Source of the DNA: Spirochaetia bacterium
GTDB lineage: Bacteria; Spirochaetota; Spirochaetia; UBA9216
DNA length: 64,000 bases
Assembly: GCA_965140585.1 (NCBI GenBank)
Contig: OZ223269.1
Span: 672,001 to 736,000, forward strand
Reading direction: 5' to 3'
The first letter of the stretch is position 1, and each line of letters begins with the position of its first letter. Under the pieces are notes generated by a model. That model was given only the letters and a program-made list of their open reading frames with translations, had not been told where the DNA came from and ran no database searches. A program made the position numbers and the translations under genes. Below, piece by piece: positions 39,462-49,904 of this stretch.

Positions 39462-40652
39462 ATGAAAAAGATTTTAACAGTCTTAGTTCTGCTGCTTCTC
39501 TCCATGTCTTTCGTTTATGCAAGCGGAAGTCAGGAAGCAGGCGCTTCTGAAAGCGGTGAGGTAGTTGTCGATGAATGGGAAATCCCTTTCCTTAACTGTC
39601 TGACCGGACCTATTGCAAGTATCGGTGAATACCTGCAGTGGGGTGCTGAATTCGCAGCAGAAGAAATCAATGCTGCAGGCGGTATTGCCGGAAAACCTGT
39701 AAAGGTTGTTGGTATTGATACTGCTATGAGCCCTGAAAAGGGAACTGTTGAAATGTCAAAGCTTGTTGACAGTGCTCTTGTAGTTATGGGTCCTGTACCC
39801 GAACCTGTAATTATGGCTGCTGTACCAATCGCAGCTGATGAGGGACTTTACAGCTTTACAGCTACAACTTCCTACGAATATGCCGCTGAGTATTTTCCAT
39901 GGGCAATTTCATGGTTTGCTCCAACAGAAGAAAGGCTTGCACCGATTATTACTGCATGGGCAAAGAAAACCGGTGCTAAAAATGTTGTTCAGTTTGTAGA
40001 AAACTACGGCGCATGGCCCGGCATGGCAAAAGCTCATGTAAAGGGAGTTAAGGACGCTGGCGCAAATATCCTTGAAGATGTAGATGTACCATCAGATGCA
40101 GTATCTTTTGGTCCGCTTATCGTTAAAGCTCTTGCACAGGAACCTGACGGTATAATTTTTGCATGTAATGCAGAAAAAGTAGCTAAAATTATCATCGAAC
40201 TCAAGAACAGAGGCTGGGAAGATATGAGTAAAATACTTGTATTCTCAAGTGCTGATGATGCTGCTCTTTACACAACAGGCGGCGATAAGATCAATGGTAT
40301 CATGATTTATAACTACAGCGATCCAAGTCTTGATACTCCAAGATGGAATACTTTCAGACAGAGTTTTAAGGACGATCATGACGGTATAGAGCCCTTCAGT
40401 CTTTCACCCAACTACTACGATGCTGTTTATATGATCAAAAGAGCAATCGAAGAAACCGGTGTGACTGGTGATCCTTCAAAACTTGCAGAAGAAAGAACTT
40501 TAATCAGAGATTACTGTAATGATATTCAGAACTTTGACGGTCTTCAGTACAGCTGGTCAAATAAGGGTGGATATCCTGCAGACAAGCCCCTTTTCCTCTT
40601 TGAAATCAAAGGCGGAGAGAAAGTACTTGTTGATAAAATTACAGCTCAGTAA
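39462..40652 (+). CDS. LIV-type ABC substrate-binding protein
   Basis: Signal peptide, LTGPIASIG, AAEEINAAGGIAGKPV, YDAVYMI. Confidence 0.88.
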   Translation: MKKILTVLVLLLLSMSFVYASGSQEAGASESGEVVVDEWEIPFLNCLTGPIASIGEYLQWGAEFAAEEINAAGGIAGKPVKVVGIDTAMSPEKGTVEMSKLVDSALVVMGPVPEPVIMAAVPIAADEGLYSFTATTSYEYAAEYFPWAISWFAPTEERLAPIITAWAKKTGAKNVVQFVENYGAWPGMAKAHVKGVKDAGANILEDVDVPSDAVSFGPLIVKALAQEPDGIIFACNAEKVAKIIIELKNRGWEDMSKILVFSSADDAALYTTGGDKINGIMIYNYSDPSLDTPRWNTFRQSFKDDHDGIEPFSLSPNYYDAVYMIKRAIEETGVTGDPSKLAEERTLIRDYCNDIQNFDGLQYSWSNKGGYPADKPLFLFEIKGGEKVLVDKITAQ

Positions 40653-40669
40653 ATCTTAATCAGGTTTAT

Positions 40670-40719
40670 AAAAAACCGCAGACCGAACTGACTAAAGTTC
40701 AATGTCTGCGGTTTTTTTT
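40670..40719. terminator. Bidirectional terminator between the ABC operon and panE
   Basis: A-run, CCGCAGAC...GTCTGCGG, T-run. Confidence 0.75.
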
Positions 40720-40786
40720 ATGCTGATTTAATATTTAAATCAATTAGGCAATTTCAAAACTAACATAGTTTTGCAAGAAGCTCAAT

Positions 40787-41704
40787 TTATCTTTTAAGGT
40801 CATAGGTTTTTACAAGGGCTCCAATTACTCGGTTAGCCGGGGTCTCAATTCCAAGCTCCTGCCCCTTCTTGACGATGGCATTATTTATAAAATCTATTTC
40901 CGTGCGGCTTCCCCTGTCAAAATCCTGAAGCATTGATGACCTGTTTGCTCCGGTCTTTTCAGAGACTGAATAAACAGTTTCAAGAGGATTCTCATAGGTA
41001 AGCTCTATTCCTGCTGCTTTTGCAACTGCCACAGCTTCGTTAACCAGCTCACTCATCAACCCCTTGGTTGTTTCGTAATCGAGCAGTTCTCCATTCTTAA
41101 GCCCGGTTAATGCAGTTAATGCATTGATACCGACATTGATTACCAACTTACTCCAGACCAGTCCTGCAATATCATCTTCAAGCATAATTTCGAATCCGGC
41201 TTTTGAAAGCTCTTTGGAAAAGGCTTCAAGCTTTGAGTTATCCCCGTTTGACATACACAGGTGGGTAGGGCCGTTTCCTGCGTGTTTGATATGTCCGGGA
41301 CCTGCAAATGTAGCACCCTGAGATGTAACTCCCGCCGCAGTGTTTGATGCTCCGAAAACCTCTCTTATAAGATCCTCATTGCCTATTCCGTTCTGGAGGG
41401 TGACTACTACTGTTGAATCTGAAGCATGCTTTTTGAAAGATTCTGCAACAGCCTTGGTTGCTGTTGATTTTACAAAAATGATCATAATATCAGAGTCTTT
41501 AACATCTTCAGGGTTATCAGAGGCTTTGACTTTGATAAACTCGCTGTCTCCGGTTGCAAGCGTCTCTATTCGTAAGCCGTTTTCATTTACTGCATTCACA
41601 TGTGCTAAATTTATGTCATATAAAACAACTTCATTTCCTACCGCTGCAAGCTTTCCCCCGAACAGCGAACCCATTGCTCCTGAACCAATAATTGATATTT
41701 TCAT
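40787..41704 (-). CDS. panE: 2-dehydropantoate 2-reductase
   Basis: GSGAMG, LQNGIG, WSKLVINVGINALTAL, NRSSMLQD, RTEIDFIN. Confidence 0.88.
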   Translation of the reverse strand: MKISIIGSGAMGSLFGGKLAAVGNEVVLYDINLAHVNAVNENGLRIETLATGDSEFIKVKASDNPEDVKDSDIMIIFVKSTATKAVAESFKKHASDSTVVVTLQNGIGNEDLIREVFGASNTAAGVTSQGATFAGPGHIKHAGNGPTHLCMSNGDNSKLEAFSKELSKAGFEIMLEDDIAGLVWSKLVINVGINALTALTGLKNGELLDYETTKGLMSELVNEAVAVAKAAGIELTYENPLETVYSVSEKTGANRSSMLQDFDRGSRTEIDFINNAIVKKGQELGIETPANRVIGALVKTYDLKR

Positions 41705-41705
41705 T

Positions 41706-42662
41706 TTATTCTCCTGCTAATCCCGGTATTCCGAATATGGTTTTTGCAGCTTTTACACCTTCAATAACTGCAACTGCCATTACTTCGGCAGCCATACTGC
41801 CGATTGCGGTCAAATCTGCTTCTATATCTCCATTTGAAAGACAGAAAATACTGTCTCCGTCATGCATGGTATGTATTGGGTTTATAGTTCTAGCATAGCC
41901 GTCATGAGCCATCTGAGCAACTTTTGCAGCCTGAGGTTTAGTCAGTTTTGCGTTAGTTGCAATGACACCTATGGTTGTGTTTGATTTTATCGGATTAATA
42001 CCTGTTGATACCTGTTCTGCCAGCAGTTTTGCAGTTCCTGGAAATTCTCCGGGTTTACCCGATCTGGTTCCTGCAATTATCTGACCGGTGGTATTGTCTA
42101 TAACATCTCCAAAACAGTTTACAGCAACTATTGCACCGACAACGATATCACCAATCTTCATGCTTGCAGTTCCAAGTCCACCCTTCATGCAGAAATCGAT
42201 ACCTTTGGCTTTTCCAAGGGTTGCCCCTGTTCCTGCTCCAATGTTCCCCATTCTTGATTCATTTGAATTAGCCGCCAGACAGGCTTCATATCCCATCTTT
42301 TGATCCGGACGGGCTTTATAATCGGCTACCGGCAGATCAAAAAGGACAGCTCCGGGAACTATTGGTACCAGTCCTATTCCGATATCAAGACCTCTGTTAT
42401 TTTCTTCACTCCACTTCATGACACCGTCTGCGCCAGCGAGGCCGTAGGCACTGCCGCCGCCAAGATAGACAGCATGGACTGTCTGTATATAATTTACCGG
42501 ATTGAGGCAGTCGGTCTCTCTTGTTCCGGGCGCTCCGCCGGCAACATCAACACCGCATACTGCCTCTGTTTCAGGCAGAATAACTGTACAACCTGTCCCG
42601 CCTGTTAAATCCTGTGCATGACCGACTTTTATGCCGGGTACATCGCATATACTTCCGCTCAT
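41706..42662 (-). CDS. P1/S58 family DmpA/ThnT-like Ntn amidohydrolase
   Basis: GGAPGTRETD, GGSAYGL, VPIVPGAVLFDL, GAGTGAT, N-TTIGVIATNA autocleavage site, HTMHDGD. Confidence 0.88.
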   Translation of the reverse strand: MSGSICDVPGIKVGHAQDLTGGTGCTVILPETEAVCGVDVAGGAPGTRETDCLNPVNYIQTVHAVYLGGGSAYGLAGADGVMKWSEENNRGLDIGIGLVPIVPGAVLFDLPVADYKARPDQKMGYEACLAANSNESRMGNIGAGTGATLGKAKGIDFCMKGGLGTASMKIGDIVVGAIVAVNCFGDVIDNTTGQIIAGTRSGKPGEFPGTAKLLAEQVSTGINPIKSNTTIGVIATNAKLTKPQAAKVAQMAHDGYARTINPIHTMHDGDSIFCLSNGDIEADLTAIGSMAAEVMAVAVIEGVKAAKTIFGIPGLAGE

Positions 42663-42675
42663 TATAACTCCATAA

Positions 42676-43878
42676 TTATTCTAAATTTTCTAATACTTCT
42701 TTAGTTTCTGATGCCATCATCCATTCTTCATTAGTGGGGATGACAAGTACTTTTACCTTTGATTGACTGCTGCTTATAACTGATTCAACACCGGCTGCTG
42801 AATCATTAAGTTCTGAATCAATTTCGATACCGAGAACTTCCAGGCCGCTGCATATTTTTTCTCTTATAACTGCAGAGTTTTCTCCAATTCCGGCAGTGAA
42901 GATAAGTGCATCCATTCTGCCATCAAGAGTACAGGCAAGCTTACCTATATATTTTCTGATAGAACGAACAAATATTTCAAGAGCAAGTACACTTCTTTCC
43001 TGTCCTTCATCTGCAGCTTTAAGAATATCACGTAAATCAGGAGAGACTCCGCTTATTCCGGCAAGACCGGATTTCTTATAAATTATATCCTTAACCTCGG
43101 CTGCCGAAAAACCAGCTTCAGTTATCAGGTGTAAAACTGCATCAGGATCCACATCCCCGGCACGTGTCCCCATTGGAACCCCGCATGCTGTGCCTAAACC
43201 GAGCGAAGTGTCCACAGCTCTGCATCCAATAGATGACGTAAGCGATACACCGCCTCCGATATGTGCGCTTACAGTATGCAGTTTCTCTTTAGGCAGCCCG
43301 AGCATTTCTGCAGCTCTTAGATTGATGTATTTATGCGAGGCTCCGTGAAATCCGAATTTCCGAAGGCCGTATTTCTCATAGTATTCATAGCCCAGTCCGA
43401 ATGAAAATGCCGCCTGGCTCATATCAGAATAATAGGCGGTATCAAAACTTGCACACTGGGGAAGCTCGGGGAGCAGGGCAGTTATGGCCTGTACTCCGAG
43501 AAGTCCCGGAGGATTATGAAGGGGTGCAAGATTGAGATTGTCTTCCACTACAGAAACAACTTCAGGAGTAATAAGCATTGGCCTGGTCAGCTTATCTCCG
43601 CCATGAACGAGCCGATGGCCGACAGCATCAATTTCAGAAATATCTTTTAGTATGCCTGTATCATCGGAGGTAAGCAGATTCAATACTGTCTCAAGTCCCT
43701 GTTTGTGATTTTCAACATTAATATTAAATTCCTTCTTAAAAACCGAAGTTTCAATCTTGATAACGCTGTTGTTTCCAACCCTGTCAACCAGCCCTTTACA
43801 GATGGTCTGCTCATTATCCATTTTGAATATCTGGAATTTTATTGAAGTGCTCCCGCTGTTAATTATAAGAATTTTCAA
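42676..43878 (-). CDS. Acetate-kinase family acyl kinase with atypical pocket residues
   Basis: INSGSTSIKFQ, GHRLVHGG, LAPLHN, FHGASH, MGTRAGDVDP, FTAGIGENS, PTNEE. Confidence 0.85.
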   Translation of the reverse strand: MKILIINSGSTSIKFQIFKMDNEQTICKGLVDRVGNNSVIKIETSVFKKEFNINVENHKQGLETVLNLLTSDDTGILKDISEIDAVGHRLVHGGDKLTRPMLITPEVVSVVEDNLNLAPLHNPPGLLGVQAITALLPELPQCASFDTAYYSDMSQAAFSFGLGYEYYEKYGLRKFGFHGASHKYINLRAAEMLGLPKEKLHTVSAHIGGGVSLTSSIGCRAVDTSLGLGTACGVPMGTRAGDVDPDAVLHLITEAGFSAAEVKDIIYKKSGLAGISGVSPDLRDILKAADEGQERSVLALEIFVRSIRKYIGKLACTLDGRMDALIFTAGIGENSAVIREKICSGLEVLGIEIDSELNDSAAGVESVISSSQSKVKVLVIPTNEEWMMASETKEVLENLE

Positions 43879-44030
43879 ATAATGCCTCCTGTTTGAAAAA
43901 AACTCAAAATCACATTATAATTAAGTATTAGTTAAATTTCGTTATCTTTTCCTTGTTAAAAAATACTATTATAGGTTATATTATTATACAAGGTAAATAT
44001 AGGTTAAATTATACACTTTAGGAGTTTAAT

Positions 44031-44897
44031 ATGAGTTCACATCCGGAAGCAACAAAAAAATTGCTCGCTGCTGATCTTCAGAAGATGAAAGACGACGGCG
44101 AAAAGATATCAATGATCACTGCTTATAATTATCCACAGGCAATGGTTGTTGATGAAGCAGGAATCGACATTATCCTGGTGGGTGATTCACTGGGCATGGT
44201 TGAACTTGGCTACAAAGACACTGTTCCTGTAACCATGGATGAAATGCTGATGCATACCAAGGCTGTTATGAGGGCTGTAAATAGAGCTCACGTAGTAGGT
44301 GACCTTCCTTTTATGTCATACAATATCTCAAATGAACAGGCTGTAACCAATGCAGGTATCCTTTATAAGGATGGGCTTTGCGATTCTATCAAGTTCGAAG
44401 GCGGCCAGGATTTTGCACCTACAGCTGCCGCAATAACCAAGGCTGGTATCCCGGTTTTTGCACATATCGGACTTACTCCTCAGACAGCTGCCACAATGGG
44501 CGGTTTCAAGGTTCAGGGTAAATCACTTGATGCTGCAAAATCAGTGCTTGATGATGCTCTTGCAATGCAGGACGCAGGTGCTTTTGCAATCATTCTTGAA
44601 GCTATTCCCCAGCAGCTTGCTGCAATAATTACAGAACAGCTTACTATTCCTACAGTTGGTATCGGAGCAGGTCCTTCATGTGCAGGACAGGTTCTTGTTT
44701 ATCATGACCTTCTCGGACTCTTTAAGAGATTTACTCCGAAGTTTGTAAAGGTTTATGCTGATATGTATACACCTCAGGTTAATGCTGTTAAGGAATTTAT
44801 CGGTGAAGTTAAGGATGTAAAATTTCCTACAAACGACCACAGTTTCAACATGAAAGCCGAAGCAGTTGAAGAACTGAAAAAGGCACTGGGGCTTTAA
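44031..44897 (+). CDS. panB: 3-methyl-2-oxobutanoate hydroxymethyltransferase
   Basis: ILVGDSLGM, DLPFMSY, HIGLTPQ, GGFKVQG, GIGAG, GQVLVYHDLLG. Confidence 0.93.
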   Translation: MSSHPEATKKLLAADLQKMKDDGEKISMITAYNYPQAMVVDEAGIDIILVGDSLGMVELGYKDTVPVTMDEMLMHTKAVMRAVNRAHVVGDLPFMSYNISNEQAVTNAGILYKDGLCDSIKFEGGQDFAPTAAAITKAGIPVFAHIGLTPQTAATMGGFKVQGKSLDAAKSVLDDALAMQDAGAFAIILEAIPQQLAAIITEQLTIPTVGIGAGPSCAGQVLVYHDLLGLFKRFTPKFVKVYADMYTPQVNAVKEFIGEVKDVKFPTNDHSFNMKAEAVEELKKALGL

Positions 44898-44898
44898 T

Positions 44899-45804
44899 AT
44901 GTCAGCTGTATTGATTAAGGGAACAGATATACGGGAAGAGATTCTCGCTGAATTAAGGGCAGAAACTGCAGAGCTTAAAGAGAAGTACGGAAAAGTTCCG
45001 GGTCTCGTTACTATTCTTATTGGTGAAAACCCGGCTTCCATCTCCTATGTAACCCTTAAGATCAAGACAGCACAGAGTCTCGGTTATAATGAAATTCAGG
45101 ACACACGGTCTGAAGATATAACCGAGGCTGAATTACTTGAATTAATTGATAAATATAATAAGGATGAAAATATTCACGGAATCCTTGTTCAGCTACCTCT
45201 TCCAAAACATATAGATGAAAAGAAGGTTCTGAACGCTATCGATCCTGATAAGGATGTCGATGGATTTCATCCTGTAAATGTCGGACGGCTTATGATTGGC
45301 GGTGATGAGGTGAAATATCCGCCATGTACTCCTGCAGCAATTCAGGAGATGATTATCCGTTCCGGTGTTGAAACTAAAGGAGCTGAAGTTGTAGTAGTAG
45401 GGCGCTCCAATATTGTTGGAAAGCCGATAGCCAATATGATGCTGCAAAAAGGTGCAGGGGCTAATTCTACTGTGACAGTTGTGCATACCGGTACCAAGAA
45501 CCTGGCTGAACACTGCCTGAGGGCAGATATTCTGATAGTTGCAGCTGGAGTTCCTGGACTGGTTAAGCCGCAATGGATTAAAAAAGGAGCATGTGTTATT
45601 GATGTTGGAGTAAACAGAGTAGGTGAAAAAATCAGTGAAAAAACCGGAAAGAAAATAGCAGTTCTTAAGGGTGACGTTGATTTCGAAGAAGCCTCTCAGA
45701 TTGCCGGATATATTACCCCCGTACCCGGCGGTGTAGGTCCCATGACAATAACAATGCTTATGAAGAATACTTTAAAATCATTCAAATACGCATTGAGGTT
45801 ATAA
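44899..45804 (+). CDS. folD: Methylene-THF dehydrogenase/cyclohydrolase
   Basis: [41 protein letters not shown]. Confidence 0.95.
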   Translation: MSAVLIKGTDIREEILAELRAETAELKEKYGKVPGLVTILIGENPASISYVTLKIKTAQSLGYNEIQDTRSEDITEAELLELIDKYNKDENIHGILVQLPLPKHIDEKKVLNAIDPDKDVDGFHPVNVGRLMIGGDEVKYPPCTPAAIQEMIIRSGVETKGAEVVVVGRSNIVGKPIANMMLQKGAGANSTVTVVHTGTKNLAEHCLRADILIVAAGVPGLVKPQWIKKGACVIDVGVNRVGEKISEKTGKKIAVLKGDVDFEEASQIAGYITPVPGGVGPMTITMLMKNTLKSFKYALRL

Positions 45805-45806
45805 TT

Positions 45807-47570
45807 ATGAAACTTGATCCGACTAAGATGAAGGACTGGGAGATTGCAGAAGCAGCTGAAAAGGATATGAAGACAGTCTATCAGCTTGCTGAAGAACTGA
45901 ATCTGGATAAAATGGAGATTCTTCCGTATGGTCACTTCCTTGGTAAACTGGATTACAACGCTATTCTTGAGCGACTGAAAGATAAACCGGATGGAAAATA
46001 CATCGAAGTTACGGCAATAAATCCTACTCCGCTTGGCGAAGGAAAGACAACTACAACCATGGGACTGGTTGAAGGACTTGGAAAGATTGGTAAATCTGTC
46101 TGCGGAGCCATCAGGCAGCCTTCAGGCGGACCTACATTCAACATTAAGGGTTCAGCCGCTGGAGGCGGACTTGCACAATGTGTACCTCTTACCGAGTTTA
46201 GTCTCGGACTTACCGGCGATATAGACGCCATTACTAATGCACACAACCTGGCTATGGTTGCTCTTACCAGCCGAATTCAGCATGAATTCAACTACGGCGA
46301 TGATGTGCTTGATAAAAAGAATCTAAAAAGACTTGATATAGATCCAAGAAATCCTGCAATAGGATGGGCTATAGATTTTTCAGCCCAGGCACTCCGGGAA
46401 ATAATAATAGGACTCGGCGGAAAGATGGACGGATTTATGATGAAAAGCGGTTTTCAGATAACTGTTTCATCAGAAATTATGGCCATACTTGCTGTTGCCA
46501 AAGATCTTAAGGATATGCGGGAACGCATAGGTAAGATGATTATCGGTTACAACAAGAAAGGTGAAGCTGTTACTGCTGATGATCTTGAAGTAGGGGGAGC
46601 CATGACTGCCCTGATGGCACGGGCAATCAACCCGAACATCATGCAGACTATCGAAGGTCAGCCTGTACTTGTTCATGCAGGCCCTTTTGCAAATATTGCG
46701 ATCGGCCAGTCATCAATTATAGCTGACCGTGTGGGACTTAAACTCTGTGATTACCATGTAACAGAGAGCGGTTTCGGTGCAGATATCGGTTTTGAGAAGT
46801 TCTGGAACCTTAAATGCCGGTTCTCAGGGCTTGTTCCGAACTGTTCAGTGATTGTGTGTACAGTAAGAGCTTTAAAGATGCACGGAGGAGGTCCAAAGGT
46901 TGTTCCGGGCAAACCTCTCGATAAGGCATATACTGAAGAGAATATTGAACTGGTTGAAAAAGGACTTGAAAACCTTCTTGCCCATATTGCAACCGTCAGA
47001 AAGAGCGGTGTACCTGCAGTTGTATGTATAAACCACTTTTATACTGATACTGATAAGGAAATTGAGGTCATCAGGGAAGCCTGTAAGAAAGCCGGTGCCA
47101 GGGTTGCCTTATCAAAACACTGGGAAAAAGGCGGTGAAGGCGCGGTTGAACTTGCAAATGCAGTTGTCGAAGCCTGTGAAGAAAAGCCGGATTTTAAATT
47201 CCTTTATGAAGATTCTACTCCTCTTAAGGATAGAATTGAGCTTATTGCTACCCAGGTTTACGGCGCCGATGGTGTGAGCTACAGTGCTGAAGCTGCTGCC
47301 AAGCTGGAAAAGATTCAGAATGACAGTGCCTTGAACGGTCTGGGAACCTGTATGGTTAAGACCCATCTGTCATTGTCGCACGACCCGACTCTGAAAGGCC
47401 GCCCGAAAGGCTGGACGCTCCCGATAAGTGATATACTTGTATACCAGGGAGCAGGGTTTATTGTCCCTGTTGCCGGAGGTATTAAGCTTATGCCCGGTAC
47501 TGCCTCGGATCCTGCATTCAGGCAGATCGATGTCGATACAGATACCGGACGTGTAAAAGGCCTTTTTTAA
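45807..47570 (+). CDS. fhs: Formate-tetrahydrofolate ligase
   Basis: [53 protein letters not shown]. Confidence 0.95.
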   Translation: MKLDPTKMKDWEIAEAAEKDMKTVYQLAEELNLDKMEILPYGHFLGKLDYNAILERLKDKPDGKYIEVTAINPTPLGEGKTTTTMGLVEGLGKIGKSVCGAIRQPSGGPTFNIKGSAAGGGLAQCVPLTEFSLGLTGDIDAITNAHNLAMVALTSRIQHEFNYGDDVLDKKNLKRLDIDPRNPAIGWAIDFSAQALREIIIGLGGKMDGFMMKSGFQITVSSEIMAILAVAKDLKDMRERIGKMIIGYNKKGEAVTADDLEVGGAMTALMARAINPNIMQTIEGQPVLVHAGPFANIAIGQSSIIADRVGLKLCDYHVTESGFGADIGFEKFWNLKCRFSGLVPNCSVIVCTVRALKMHGGGPKVVPGKPLDKAYTEENIELVEKGLENLLAHIATVRKSGVPAVVCINHFYTDTDKEIEVIREACKKAGARVALSKHWEKGGEGAVELANAVVEACEEKPDFKFLYEDSTPLKDRIELIATQVYGADGVSYSAEAAAKLEKIQNDSALNGLGTCMVKTHLSLSHDPTLKGRPKGWTLPISDILVYQGAGFIVPVAGGIKLMPGTASDPAFRQIDVDTDTGRVKGLF

Positions 47571-47596
47571 TTTCTATTAAAATACATTGAATATTT

Positions 47597-47631
47597 ATCA
47601 GCCGGAGCAATGAACCGCTCCGGCTTTTTTT
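47597..47631 (+). repeat. 35-bp direct repeat copy 1 (intrinsic terminator of fhs)
   Basis: ATCAGCCGGAGCAATGAACCGCTCCGGCTTTTTTT, identical to 49870-49904. Confidence 0.9.
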
Positions 47632-47708
47632 TATTATTTTTTAGAGCATTTTATCCGTAAATTGAATAAATACTTTCAATAAGTTGATTATAAAACGGAG
47701 ATTAAAAA

Positions 47709-49846
47709 ATGAGAAAACTTTTACTATTGCTGACAGCGATAACTTTGCTGTTCCTGTTCTACAGCTGTCCGACTGGATTGGTTGATACCCCTGAAGATGA
47801 TGATACAGAAGAAACAGTTTCACGGAATGATGTAACTATTTTATCAAGTACGTACAGTGATGAAACGGCTGTTATCTTTTACACCGAACCTTCAGATTCT
47901 GATTTCTACGCTACTGAGCTGACATTTACACCAACAGTATCTGGAATTTCGCAGCCTATTGAAATAAAAAAAGGTGAAAGTCTGCTTAGCGGTACTACAT
48001 CTTTAGGCTATCTGGCAGATTTGAGCAACGATACTGAATATACTCTTACTCTTACCGCTGTTTACAGTGATGATTCAAGTGCCGCCGGAGTTTCGGCTAA
48101 AGTTACGCCAATAGCAGATGTCTATCCTCCTGAAAATCTTACAGCAGTCAGGGGAGATCAAGAAGTTACTCTAAGCTGGGATGAACCCGCTGATAATAAC
48201 TGGTTTTATATTAACTTTGAGTTTACACCTGAAGACGGAGGCTATGAACAACCCTTTGCAATTTTTTCTTCTGAAACAGAATATACTATTGATGGTCTTA
48301 CAAACGGAACAGAATACACATTTAATGTTTATGCATCAGATTTTTTCGATCTTGAATCATCTAAGGTTGAAATCACATCAACACCATCAGCTGATCTTAA
48401 TCCTCCAGCACTTACTGCTTCATCAGTATTTCTAATAGATGTTGATATGGATGAGGGGGAACTGGCGGGCACATGTGAAATTGAAATGGCAGCCGATGAA
48501 AGTGATATTGAACGTTACAAGCTTTACTGGGGCTCTTCTGAGACAGTGAAGCTTGATGAGACTGCAATTACATCCATCGATAAAACTGGAGCTGATTTAG
48601 AGTATACGTTCTCAGAGAATACGGCCGTACCTTCAGGCGCAGCATACCTGCTTGTATATACAGAGAATGGGGATGGCGAAACAGCCGTTCCGTTTGCATA
48701 TGAGCTGAAGGATTTTATTGTAACGCAGGAACCGTATACCGGTACATTTAATTATCCTGTTGAGATATCTGGAAGTTATTATTCAACAAGATATCCGGAT
48801 TTGGGAATATTTGAATGGGATGGCACAGATTTCACAGCTATGGCAAGTCCTTCTGTAGCCTGGGCTTCTTCTCCCGAAGGATTATCGGCTTTTGGAAACG
48901 ATTTGATGTTTTGTGCGAGTGATGGCACTTCATCAAGGTTATGGAGACTGGATCCTGATGCTGGTACTGCAGGATATATATCCGGTATTGACTCAACATG
49001 TCTACCTGGAATTGATTTTGATGGCAGATATTTCTTTTCGATGGAAGATCCCACAATAGGTAAATCCTTGTACAGCTGTGACAGTTCAGGAACTGTAGAA
49101 TTGATTTATGATTGTGATGTGAGCAGCGATTCACAGAGCACATATACTTTATGTGAATTTGATTCAAAACTATTTTTATAGGTATTGATTCTACAGGTAT
49201 GGAACAACTTTATGTATGTGAGGATGATGATAATGACGGAAACTATACGATTACCCAGATAAGCTCCTTCTCAGATACAGCATTTAGAATAGATATTTAT
49301 CAATTTTTTATTAAGGATGGAGTTCTATATTTTCTGGGAGGTCCTGATAGCTGGTATAATTTATTCAGCTGGGATGGTGTTAGTATAAATCAGGAAACTT
49401 TATTTACTAATCCGAGCCGTATTGCAGAATCTGCTATAGAAGGAAGCCGGATGATTGAAAGCTATGCAAATAATATCTATTTTTCAGCCGGAAGTACATC
49501 CGATGGAGTAGAACTTTGGGTTTATGATGGTTTATCAGAGTCAATTGCCTATGATTTTTTTGATGCCGGTGAAGGTTTGTATACCTTTGGTGGTTATCCA
49601 ATGGGGTTGAAGGGGCATGATGGCTATTTATTTTTCCAGGCTTATAAGGAAGGTTCGGGTAATATGCTCTATCTTTATGATGGAATAAATACACCGGTAG
49701 GATTGATTGATACAAATGTAGATGACAATACTTCTTCAATAACTTATACAATGCCATTTACTGTAATTGATGATGATATGGTTTTTATGGATTTTACATC
49801 CGAAGATAATATTGATTTTTACCGTCTTACTATCGAGCAATTTTAA
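47709..49846 (+). pseudogene. Frameshifted lipoprotein gene with FN3 domains and ELWxxDGT-type propeller repeats
   Basis: ORFs 47709-49181 and 49199-49846 join if one T is added to the T5 run at 49173-49177 (KLFFIGIDSTGMEQLY). Lipobox FYSC; DGVELWVYDG motif. Confidence 0.7.
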
Positions 49847-49869
49847 AGTGCTTTTTCACTAAAAAACAG

Positions 49870-49904
49870 ATCAGCCGGAGCAATGAACCGCTCCGGCTTT
49901 TTTT
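49870..49904 (+). repeat. 35-bp direct repeat copy 2 (terminator)
   Basis: Identical to 47597-47631. Confidence 0.9.

Noticed and set aside
49179-49181. TAG read-through (pyrrolysine) joining the two lipoprotein ORFs
   Set aside because: The downstream ORF is in a different frame; a one-base frameshift explains the split.
47597-49904. 35-bp palindromic direct repeats as a CRISPR array or IS ends
   Set aside because: Only two copies 2.2 kb apart, terminator-shaped, with no cas or transposase gene between them.
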